NCBI GenBank assembly: GCA_027486525.1
Contig: JAIXOY010000112.1
Span: 1 to 17,563 of the forward strand
Length of the DNA: 17,563 bases
DNA from: Pseudomonadota bacterium
Lineage (GTDB): Bacteria > Bdellovibrionota > Bacteriovoracia > Bacteriovoracales > Bacteriovoracaceae
Direction: 5' to 3'
Part shown: piece by piece, positions 7,888 through 14,698 of the stretch
Numbering within the stretch: position 1 is the stretch's first letter
Layout: each line of letters begins with the position of its first letter
The notes under the pieces: model-generated
What the model was told of the DNA's origin: nothing
Databases searched by the model: none
What the model saw: only the letters and a program-made list of their open reading frames with translations
Program-made: the position numbers and the translations under genes

Positions 7888-8555
7888 CAGGCCAAGTCTT
7901 GATATTCGGTGATGAGCATTTGAACTCCCGGCAACTTCTCTTTGAGTCCTTGGCGCATCTTCTCGAGATTTTCTGTCGAGGAGGTTTCTACCAAGAAGAC
8001 AGCTTCCCCCTCGGAGATGCGTTTGATTTTTACCCGCCGGGAATGGGTCGCAAGAACGGCCTCAAGTTCCGGCACGGAGAACTGAGCGAGCTTACTCAGA
8101 TGAACGTAGAGAGCTCCGGGACGACTTGCCCCGCCGCCACGCACTTTGAGGAGCGCATACACAAGAAGAATCACCACAAGACCGATGACGGTCACGGGCC
8201 GCTGATCGGCGCCCAGACCAAGGCCCACGGCGATGGAGAGAAACAGGAATGAAAGTTCTTCGGGGTCTTTGATCGCCGTTCGGAAACGGACGACGGAGAG
8301 CGCACCGACGAGACCCAGGGAAAGGGCGAGGGAGGACTTCACCACACTAATGACGAGCATGGTGGTCATGGTCAGAAGAAAAAAGTTTCCGGCGAAGAGT
8401 GTGCGATGAGACTGGCCTCGGCCCCAGCGGGAATAGAGCAGCGCCATCAGCCCGGCCAGCACGCCAGCGGTTCCCAAGTTGAGGACAAACTGCCCGACAT
8501 CGATCTGCGGGGCCTGGTTGGCGAGAAAATCTTCAAACGTGTTAACAGCACTCAT
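7887..8555 (-). CDS. DUF4956 domain-containing integral membrane protein
   Basis: 222 aa, ATG 8553-8555 with a GAGGAG Shine-Dalgarno 6 nt upstream. Contains the DUF4956 hallmark LSLGLVGALSVVRFRTAIKDPEELSFLFLSIAVGLGLG and several TM segments. Confidence 0.8.
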   Translation of the reverse strand: MSAVNTFEDFLANQAPQIDVGQFVLNLGTAGVLAGLMALLYSRWGRGQSHRTLFAGNFFLLTMTTMLVISVVKSSLALSLGLVGALSVVRFRTAIKDPEELSFLFLSIAVGLGLGADQRPVTVIGLVVILLVYALLKVRGGGASRPGALYVHLSKLAQFSVPELEAVLATHSRRVKIKRISEGEAVFLVETSSTENLEKMRQGLKEKLPGVQMLITEYQDLA

Positions 8556-8561
8556 GGATCA

Positions 8562-8567
8562 CTCCTC
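8562..8567 (-). promoter_or_regulatory. Shine-Dalgarno GAGGAG for the DUF4956 gene
   Basis: Plus-strand ctcctc, 6 nt upstream of ATG 8553-8555 on the minus strand. The only junction in the cluster with a spacer (24 nt) also has the strongest SD. Confidence 0.55.
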
Positions 8568-8579
8568 GTGATTGATAAA

Positions 8580-9470
8580 TCATGGCAAACGTAACCACTC
8601 CGCGGCGATCCAAAACAGACGCGCCCCTAAGAGAGTAAAAATAACGGATTTGAACTGGGGTGTGGCATTCGTGAAAGGGGCCTTCGACCACCGCACGCAC
8701 TGAATGAGGCCCCAGAAAAACAGGAAAGAGAAGATCACATAGAGGATCGCGGGCCCGTTGGAAAAGCGATCGAGTTGGTTTTCGTTCCACAGAATAGTCG
8801 CCACTCCTACGTAACCCCAAAAGAGCATGAGCGCGCCCACTCGGAGGGCATGAGTGGCACCCAGGAGACTCGAAAAATTTCGCGCCGTCGCATAAGTGTC
8901 ATGGGGCTTCAGCTGAAAGATCTGCGTGGCGGCATAGCTCCCGCCGACGGTGAGCGTAAACAGCCAGCCCATCATCCAAGTGCGCGCACTGGGCTCGAAG
9001 CCTGAGATGGTAGCCCCGAGGATGACTCCGATCACCCCACAGCCAGTCGCATCTAAGAAAAGATCGACGCCGCCAACTTCTTTACCGCGCCACTTGAGTC
9101 CGGGGACGCGGCCTGAATACGCATACGAGAAAAGCAAGGCGACAACCGCGCAGCCGAGGGGATAGGTGCCATAGAACGCCGCCGCCACACATCCCAGCAG
9201 CATGCAAGCAACACCGAAGTGGCCCAGCCACTTCGGACGCGGCGGGGGATTGTCTAAGAAGTTCAAGGGACCGGCATCGCGGTCGACGTGCGTATTGAGC
9301 GCGCAGGTGCCACCGAAGAGAAGAACGCTATAGATCAAGAAGAGCGCCAGCAGATCCGTCGGCCAGGCCGCTTTATTCGGATTGAGCGCATAGCCCGTTA
9401 ACACAAACACAAAGCTCGGGAGAAATGTCTTTGGACGCATGTGAATGAAATAAAATTTCAAATCTTTCAT
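8580..9470 (-). CDS. polytopic membrane protein, divergent UbiA-prenyltransferase-like
   Basis: 296 aa, ATG 9468-9470 overlapping the upstream stop (ATGA). 8-9 predicted TM segments. N-terminal HMRPKTFLPSFVFVLTGY (UbiA-like RP..T start), NTHVDRDAG in the first loop (degenerate NDxxDxxxD), and a later HDTYATARNFSSLLG (degenerate second motif). Family assignment is tentative; the catalytic Asp motifs look eroded. Confidence 0.5.
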   Translation of the reverse strand: MKDLKFYFIHMRPKTFLPSFVFVLTGYALNPNKAAWPTDLLALFLIYSVLLFGGTCALNTHVDRDAGPLNFLDNPPPRPKWLGHFGVACMLLGCVAAAFYGTYPLGCAVVALLFSYAYSGRVPGLKWRGKEVGGVDLFLDATGCGVIGVILGATISGFEPSARTWMMGWLFTLTVGGSYAATQIFQLKPHDTYATARNFSSLLGATHALRVGALMLFWGYVGVATILWNENQLDRFSNGPAILYVIFSFLFFWGLIQCVRWSKAPFTNATPQFKSVIFTLLGARLFWIAAEWLRLP

Positions 9471-10354
9471 CGTTTATCCTTCAAGAAATACTGGCGAGCA
9501 CGAAAGAATTTTGATTCCTGGCCAACCTTCATACCACGCTCACTCACCAACAACGACTCGAGTTTATTCAGAAGCAACGTTCCCATCTCGCGCGGGCGGT
9601 ACTTGTTTTCGATTTCCAGCTCTTTGATGAGGAATTCTTCTTTGCCACCACTGGCTTGAATGAAACGGGCCTCATCCCACGAACCTTCCATCAGCCAAAC
9701 CCATGATGGATTTTTACGAAATACGGCAGGCACCATCAGTTCGTTCTTCTCTGAGTCTCTCAGGAGCAAGAGCGGAGAAACGCGTTCGTTACGATCAATC
9801 AGAATGTGGTAGCGCTGACGATGAGAATAGCCAAGAACGACAGGCCCTAGGCCTTTGGTTTTTAACTGACGACGACGCAATTCTTGGAACGGAGCGAGGC
9901 TCGAACTTTCTTTGCGTGTGAGCCACTGGGAAAGAAGGGCACCATCGGCGGCACTCACTCCTCTCTGAGCGACGTACCTCTCAATGATGTCGACGATGCG
10001 CACACCTGCCACACTCTGCTCTTTGAGGTTGCGTTCCTCTTCTTCGATCCGTGCAGCTCCCGGTGCTTCCATCTCCGATTTAAGCTGGATGACATAGGCC
10101 GGTGGCTGGTTCCCTTTGCGCACTCTTCGGATGCGTAATCCGAGTCCGGCCTGAGTCAGAACACCTTCAGGAGAATCGAAGTAGAGGTCTTCGGCGAGGT
10201 AAACATCGTGAGGCCAAAAACGAAAATCCCCCAAGAGAAAAGTTTCCTGAGGCAGAGGCTGATCCGCGGGGACCACATACTTACGTTGCTCTTCTACCCG
10301 ATTGGTAGCCGCCAGCACATTGAAACTCAGGAGGAGAAGAAGGATTCTTACCAT
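9467..10354 (-). CDS. secreted VTC/CYTH-like domain protein (signal peptide + divergent polyphosphate-polymerase-type tunnel domain)
   Basis: 295 aa from ATG 10352-10354; I reject the longer 10387 start, which would overlap the upstream gene by 40 nt. Signal peptide MVRILLLLLSFNVLAA/TN. Then RVEEQRKYVV, LYFDSPEG, GLGLRIRRV and YVIQLKSE parallel the RFEKK / YFDSPD / WRLRSY / LEEKRK of the VTC protein at 6623-7234. C-terminal SKFFRARQYF parallels RFSKYVRG. Confidence 0.6.
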   Translation of the reverse strand: MVRILLLLLSFNVLAATNRVEEQRKYVVPADQPLPQETFLLGDFRFWPHDVYLAEDLYFDSPEGVLTQAGLGLRIRRVRKGNQPPAYVIQLKSEMEAPGAARIEEEERNLKEQSVAGVRIVDIIERYVAQRGVSAADGALLSQWLTRKESSSLAPFQELRRRQLKTKGLGPVVLGYSHRQRYHILIDRNERVSPLLLLRDSEKNELMVPAVFRKNPSWVWLMEGSWDEARFIQASGGKEEFLIKELEIENKYRPREMGTLLLNKLESLLVSERGMKVGQESKFFRARQYFLKDKR

Positions 10355-11856
10355 CCGTACCCCCGGAACCGGCCACGCGTGTGCCACAGTCCTGCGGGAT
10401 AGAGTGTGAGATCCGGCTCGCGCACGAGCTCTCCGTTCTTCACGACGTCACCGATGTTGAGTTGGCGATTAATCTGCCACGTGTGAGGGTCTGAAACCTG
10501 AAAGGCTCTGAGAATTTGTCGACGACGCTCGGCGAGTTTGTGGAAATACAGTTCGCGCACTTCTGCGGGCCATCCGGAGTGCGAGAGAATTTCTCGCAGA
10601 TCATCCGGACCTAAACGAGCAATCTGCTTGGCCATCCACGCAAGATCGCTCCACGTCGCCTGGCGCCAGGCTTCCGGGAGATGGTTCATGCGAGCGAGGA
10701 AACGAAGCTCTTTTCCATCGTCCTCTACCAGATCCCAACCCAACTCATTCACCAGGCCACCCTTGAGGTCGCGCGGGAACTTCTCAATGCGAACTCCCAG
10801 CGAAACACCCAAGTCACTATAACTGGCCTTCATACCTTCAGCTGTGAGAGTGAGCAACGTGTTGTCGGTCTTCGTGTCCCAGTTGCCGATCCACATCTCC
10901 GCAAGGAGAGCTCCGCGCACAGAACGCCTCGATTTATTTTGTGCGAGGTCCGGCATGAAAGGCCCGAGGCGCGTCTCGGAACTCGGCCTTGGCTCCAACG
11001 CGAGTCCTGTGAAGGTGAGATAGGTCTCTCCCTCCCTTCCACGCAGCAAGGGCTCAATGGCAATCATCTCATCCGTCACGGTGCTGACCTGCTGGATGAA
11101 GGGACTCAGATTTATTTTGTAGCTGTTGTAGATAAAATTCACGAGCTGCTGAACGGTGCGCTTCTGCTTAGCTTGGCGACCCAACAGCAAACGGAGCTCG
11201 CCGGTTCCGCGATGAAAAGGAAAATCCACGTTAAAACCGAGAGAGGCAAAGATCCTCGAGGCCACGGGGTCACTATGAATCTCATCACCCCACTTGATCA
11301 GCCACCGTTCGCCATTACGAAGATCATCGGCGTGAACCTTCGCGACACTGCCCTTGCCTTCTAACTTATCAAGTCGCAGCCAAGAAAAGTCCGGATCCAC
11401 GCCAGCTGCTTTCCACTGGCGCTCAAAGGCCTCAGACAACGGAGCAACTGGGCTTTTCCAAAACGCATCGCTCTCGGCAGGCCGGCCATCATCAGGTGCG
11501 CGATTGAACTTTAAAAGATACGGAGAAAGATCGTGGGTCAACCCCATCTTGAGAATGTCGAGCAGGCCCACGCCGGCTTCCACACGATGGCGATCAATGA
11601 AGGAGTGGTAGATCAGATCGAGATTGTCCCACGCCACGGGATTGGGAAAATTGCCAGCATCGAAGGCCCGTTCTTGTTGCTCGCAGGTATCGCGAACAAA
11701 CGAGAGCATCACTGGTTTGCGCTCTTGCGTGAGCTTGCGACCTTCGGCTTCCTTCACATCCGTGTTCGTGAGCACTTCACAACGTGACCGCGATTCTTCC
11801 AGCGTGAGCGCTTGGGCGCTCAAGCTGAGAAAGAATAATGGCCACAGTCGCTTCAT
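10348..11856 (-). CDS. secreted protein with protein-kinase-like (PKL/Hanks-like) catalytic core; not CotH-like
   Basis: 502 aa, ATG 11854-11856. Signal peptide MKRLWPLFFLSLSAQA. Gly-rich loop LEGKGSVAKV (aa ~165-175), Lys in WLIKW (K188), catalytic loop WIGNWDTKTDNTLL (D327-x-K329-x-x-N332, the HRDLKPEN spacing), and DLG at 348-350. The kinase core maps to about nt 10800-11370. Confidence 0.65.
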   Translation of the reverse strand: MKRLWPLFFLSLSAQALTLEESRSRCEVLTNTDVKEAEGRKLTQERKPVMLSFVRDTCEQQERAFDAGNFPNPVAWDNLDLIYHSFIDRHRVEAGVGLLDILKMGLTHDLSPYLLKFNRAPDDGRPAESDAFWKSPVAPLSEAFERQWKAAGVDPDFSWLRLDKLEGKGSVAKVHADDLRNGERWLIKWGDEIHSDPVASRIFASLGFNVDFPFHRGTGELRLLLGRQAKQKRTVQQLVNFIYNSYKINLSPFIQQVSTVTDEMIAIEPLLRGREGETYLTFTGLALEPRPSSETRLGPFMPDLAQNKSRRSVRGALLAEMWIGNWDTKTDNTLLTLTAEGMKASYSDLGVSLGVRIEKFPRDLKGGLVNELGWDLVEDDGKELRFLARMNHLPEAWRQATWSDLAWMAKQIARLGPDDLREILSHSGWPAEVRELYFHKLAERRRQILRAFQVSDPHTWQINRQLNIGDVVKNGELVREPDLTLYPAGLWHTRGRFRGYGW

Positions 11857-12365
11857 TACGCACGGGCCCCACGGTAGTCCATGATCTCGCGGTTACCGAT
11901 GTAGCTGTACCCGATGAAGATCAGCACGAAGGCCGCATGGATGGGCCACCCGAGTTCTGCGAAACCATCGTACTGACGAAAGAAGCCCCAGGCGAAGGTC
12001 ACCGCCGTACCACCGTGGATGCAAATCCACATGATCATGTGAATGATGGTTTCTCTTTCCGTGCACCGTGGAAGGTGCCAGTGGATCTCGTCCATGAATT
12101 CGTGGAGGGTCCGTGTGACCCAGCAGCCCAAGAAGAGAAACAATGCTTGTCCAGGCCACCAGGTCATCAGCAAGAGTGAGAGCATCAGTCCGTAGCTGGT
12201 GTAAAGAATCATCCGGTGAGTGCGCAGCTCTCCGTCCGTGATGTCCTTTTTCCAAATCGCTAGATGCGTTTTGTGATCGAGGTACCAGAAGATGCCGAAG
12301 AAGAATCCGAAGAAGAGCATCCCGTAAGCGAAATGCTGTGGAGGAATTGCATCAAGCCATGACAT
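11856..12365 (-). CDS. hypothetical polytopic membrane protein with conserved His clusters
   Basis: 169 aa, ATG 12363-12365 overlapping the upstream UbiA gene by 14 nt. Stop TAA overlaps the next start (TAATG). ~5 TM segments with His motifs LDHKTH, LHEFMDEIHWH and IIHMIMWICIHGG. No family I can name. Confidence 0.55.
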   Translation of the reverse strand: MSWLDAIPPQHFAYGMLFFGFFFGIFWYLDHKTHLAIWKKDITDGELRTHRMILYTSYGLMLSLLLMTWWPGQALFLFLGCWVTRTLHEFMDEIHWHLPRCTERETIIHMIMWICIHGGTAVTFAWGFFRQYDGFAELGWPIHAAFVLIFIGYSYIGNREIMDYRGARA

Positions 12366-13161
12366 AAAACACCATCCTCGAGATAAAGATTAGCCCGCAC
12401 GTTGCGAGATTCATGTATTGAGTTGCGTAGTGGCCCGGCTCGCCCCAGCGAAGCCATTCGAGGTTCGCGGCACGCCAGACGAGAACCGCGATCCACGCGG
12501 TTCCCCACGGCACGGGGCAAAGAAGCAAAAGCAGACCGCTCAGGAGATTCAGCGTGTGAAGAAGAGCGTAGGTCGTGCGCTCACCGAACACGAGCGGCAG
12601 CGTGCGAGTCCCGCTCAACCGATCCTCTTCGAGATCATCCAAATCCCGCAGGACACTTCCGGCCATCACCTGCAGCGCCACGAAGCCTGCGACGATGTTG
12701 ATGTAGGGAGATGAGGTGTCGCCGGCACCCAAGTAGACGAGCATCGCCCAGCCCACACCGATCCAGGCACTCTTAATTCCCGTCAGAGATTTAAGACGAA
12801 AAGTTCCCGTCGCCGTGGCGAAGGGATAGGAGTAGGACAAACCTAAAAAGAGAATCGTCAGCGAACACACAAGCGTCAGCGGGCCCGGACGCAACAGGGA
12901 GAGAACGAGGCCCGAAATGAGAAGGGGGAGGAGCTTGAGTCCGGCGCGTGACTTCAGGGCATCCCACGGATGTTGCTCATCGGTGAGTGAGTCCATGCCA
13001 TAGACAAAACCCACCAGAGAAAAAGTGATCCACACCACCGACCAACTGGCGGCGAGCTCAACGCTCACGAGACTAAATCCCGTCAGCACGATGGCCACGG
13101 CCGCGGCCACGAGGATCCAGATGGACTTACGTCTCCAGAGGAGAAAATGTGATGCGAGCAT
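12352..13161 (-). CDS. UbiA superfamily prenyltransferase (MenA-like aromatic prenyltransferase fold)
   Basis: 269 aa, first gene of the minus-strand cluster. The strong second Asp-rich motif RDLDDLEEDRLSGTRTLPLVFG matches the MenA/UbiA NDxxDxxxD...G.KTL.V..G signature. 8-9 TM segments. Confidence 0.75.
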   Translation of the reverse strand: MLASHFLLWRRKSIWILVAAAVAIVLTGFSLVSVELAASWSVVWITFSLVGFVYGMDSLTDEQHPWDALKSRAGLKLLPLLISGLVLSLLRPGPLTLVCSLTILFLGLSYSYPFATATGTFRLKSLTGIKSAWIGVGWAMLVYLGAGDTSSPYINIVAGFVALQVMAGSVLRDLDDLEEDRLSGTRTLPLVFGERTTYALLHTLNLLSGLLLLLCPVPWGTAWIAVLVWRAANLEWLRWGEPGHYATQYMNLATCGLIFISRMVFYVMA

Positions 13162-13306
13162 GCTCCATTGTATCGCTGTTGGGCGGAGCGCAGGAAGAAT
13201 TTATTGCCTAAAGTGCCAGAATCATGTCCTTTTTTACACGGTTTCCTTGTGTCTCATGTCCGTTTTGGGTAGCCTCACCCGCCAGTTCCAATCCTAGGAG
13301 ATCCCC
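13162..13306. promoter_or_regulatory. divergent promoter region between the UbiA-led minus operon and the S28 peptidase gene
   Basis: 145-nt gap. An AGGAG Shine-Dalgarno at 13296-13300 lies 6 nt before ATG 13307. The minus strand has TACAAT just upstream of the UbiA ATG. A T-run plus TTTACA sits at ~13225-13235 on the + strand. Confidence 0.35.
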
Positions 13307-14698
13307 ATGTTTTTGAAGCACTTCACTCTTGCGGCCCTCGTGGCGATCGTCTCGGGCCAGGCTTTTGCCTTGAACGAAGGTCTGCGCTACCACCTCAAAT
13401 CGCTGGAGCACGGCAAGGCCGCGGCCTATCGCTTTGATGGGACCTTACGCCTCACCGAAGACGGCTTCTTCCAGCAAAAACTCAGTCACGATGATCCCGG
13501 CTCGGCTTCCTTCGGTCAGCGCTACTTCATCGACTCAAAGTACGCCACTGCGGGCGAAACAGCTCCCGTGTTCTACATCATCTGCGGCGAGTGGAACTGC
13601 GACGGCACCGGCTCTTACTCTTCTGTTGAACGTCTCGCGAAAGAAGTCGGCGCGCACTTGGTGGCGCTCGAGCACCGCTACTACGGCGAAAGTTTGCCGT
13701 TCCGGAAGTTGACCACCGAACGTCTCTCGCACTTGAATCTTGATGCCGCGATCACGGACCTGGCCGTGTTCCAAAAACACGCCATGGAGACCATGAATCT
13801 CAAAGGCAAGTGGGTCGCTTTCGGTGGATCGTACGCAGGAACTCTTGCGGCGTTCTACCGTCTCAAGCATCCGGAACTCGTGACCGGCGCCCTCGCCTCT
13901 TCAGCACCTGTCTTGGTGAAAGCTGAGTTCAACGAATACGACGCACACGTGGCATCGGTGATCAACAAGAACACCTGCGGCGACATGGTTCGCGAAGCGG
14001 TCGCGGGCATCGAAGCTCGCATGGCGACCCGCGAAGGTACCCTCGCGGTGAAGGCACTCTTCAACTCAAGCGATGTGGTGAACGACGATGATTTCTTGTA
14101 CGTCGTTGCCGACATGCTCGCGGCCGCCGTCCAATACGGAAGACATACCAAGTTCTGCAACGATCTCGCTGCAAATCCAGATCGCGTCGCAGGTTACGCT
14201 CGCGCCGGCATCAACGTCTTAAGCTCCATGGGGACAACGCCGATTGAAATTTCCATGCAGGCCGCGGAAGCGAAAGACATCACACCGGCGAGCTACTTCC
14301 GTCAGTGGATGTGGCAGAGCTGTCTTGAGTTCGGTTGGTTTCAAGTCGCCAACGGCACAGGTGTCGATACGTCACGCTCAAGCCGCATCGATCTTCCGTA
14401 CCACGACCGCGTCTGTGAACGGCTCTACGGCCAAGGCACAACCGCTGATGGTTCCTTGAATGCCACTTGGTATGCTCCGCTCTTTAGCCCAAGCACGACC
14501 AACATCATCTTCACCAACGGCTCGAACGATCCGTGGTTGCGTCTCTCCGTGATCCCGGGAGTGCAGGCACCGAATCTTGATCTCTTGATGATCGATGGAG
14601 CTGCTCACTGTAATGACTTGAACGCTCTTTCTGCACTTCCGACAGTGCAAGCGGCGCAGGTTCGTTTCGGCGAAATTATTAAGGGCTGGTTGCTGTAG
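13307..14698 (+). CDS. secreted peptidase S28 family serine carboxypeptidase (Pro-X carboxypeptidase / DPP-II-like)
   Basis: 463 aa. Signal peptide MFLKHFTLAALVAIVSGQAFA. Catalytic Ser motif GGSYAGTLAAFYRLKHPEL (the GGSY.G.L.A..R.KYP of S28). Mid-region and C-terminal His region are consistent with S28. Stop TAG 14696-14698. Confidence 0.85.
   Translation: MFLKHFTLAALVAIVSGQAFALNEGLRYHLKSLEHGKAAAYRFDGTLRLTEDGFFQQKLSHDDPGSASFGQRYFIDSKYATAGETAPVFYIICGEWNCDGTGSYSSVERLAKEVGAHLVALEHRYYGESLPFRKLTTERLSHLNLDAAITDLAVFQKHAMETMNLKGKWVAFGGSYAGTLAAFYRLKHPELVTGALASSAPVLVKAEFNEYDAHVASVINKNTCGDMVREAVAGIEARMATREGTLAVKALFNSSDVVNDDDFLYVVADMLAAAVQYGRHTKFCNDLAANPDRVAGYARAGINVLSSMGTTPIEISMQAAEAKDITPASYFRQWMWQSCLEFGWFQVANGTGVDTSRSSRIDLPYHDRVCERLYGQGTTADGSLNATWYAPLFSPSTTNIIFTNGSNDPWLRLSVIPGVQAPNLDLLMIDGAAHCNDLNALSALPTVQAAQVRFGEIIKGWLL

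Noticed and set aside
10681-11364. 227-aa + strand ORF (and 10538..10822, 11354..11611, 11533..11787, 11624..11884, 11838..12179)
   Set aside because: Antisense to the kinase-like and His-rich membrane protein genes. The minus-strand frames carry coherent signal peptide, kinase motifs and TM helices.
10348-11856. Calling the 502-aa secreted protein a CotH kinase because it sits with VTC and DUF4956
   Set aside because: I could not find the CotH-type signature I remember (e.g. IPWDYDATWG in B. subtilis CotH). Instead it has a Hanks-like DxKxxN + DLG arrangement and a Gly-rich loop. I therefore describe it as a generic protein-kinase-like secreted protein and flag the CotH analogy only as context.
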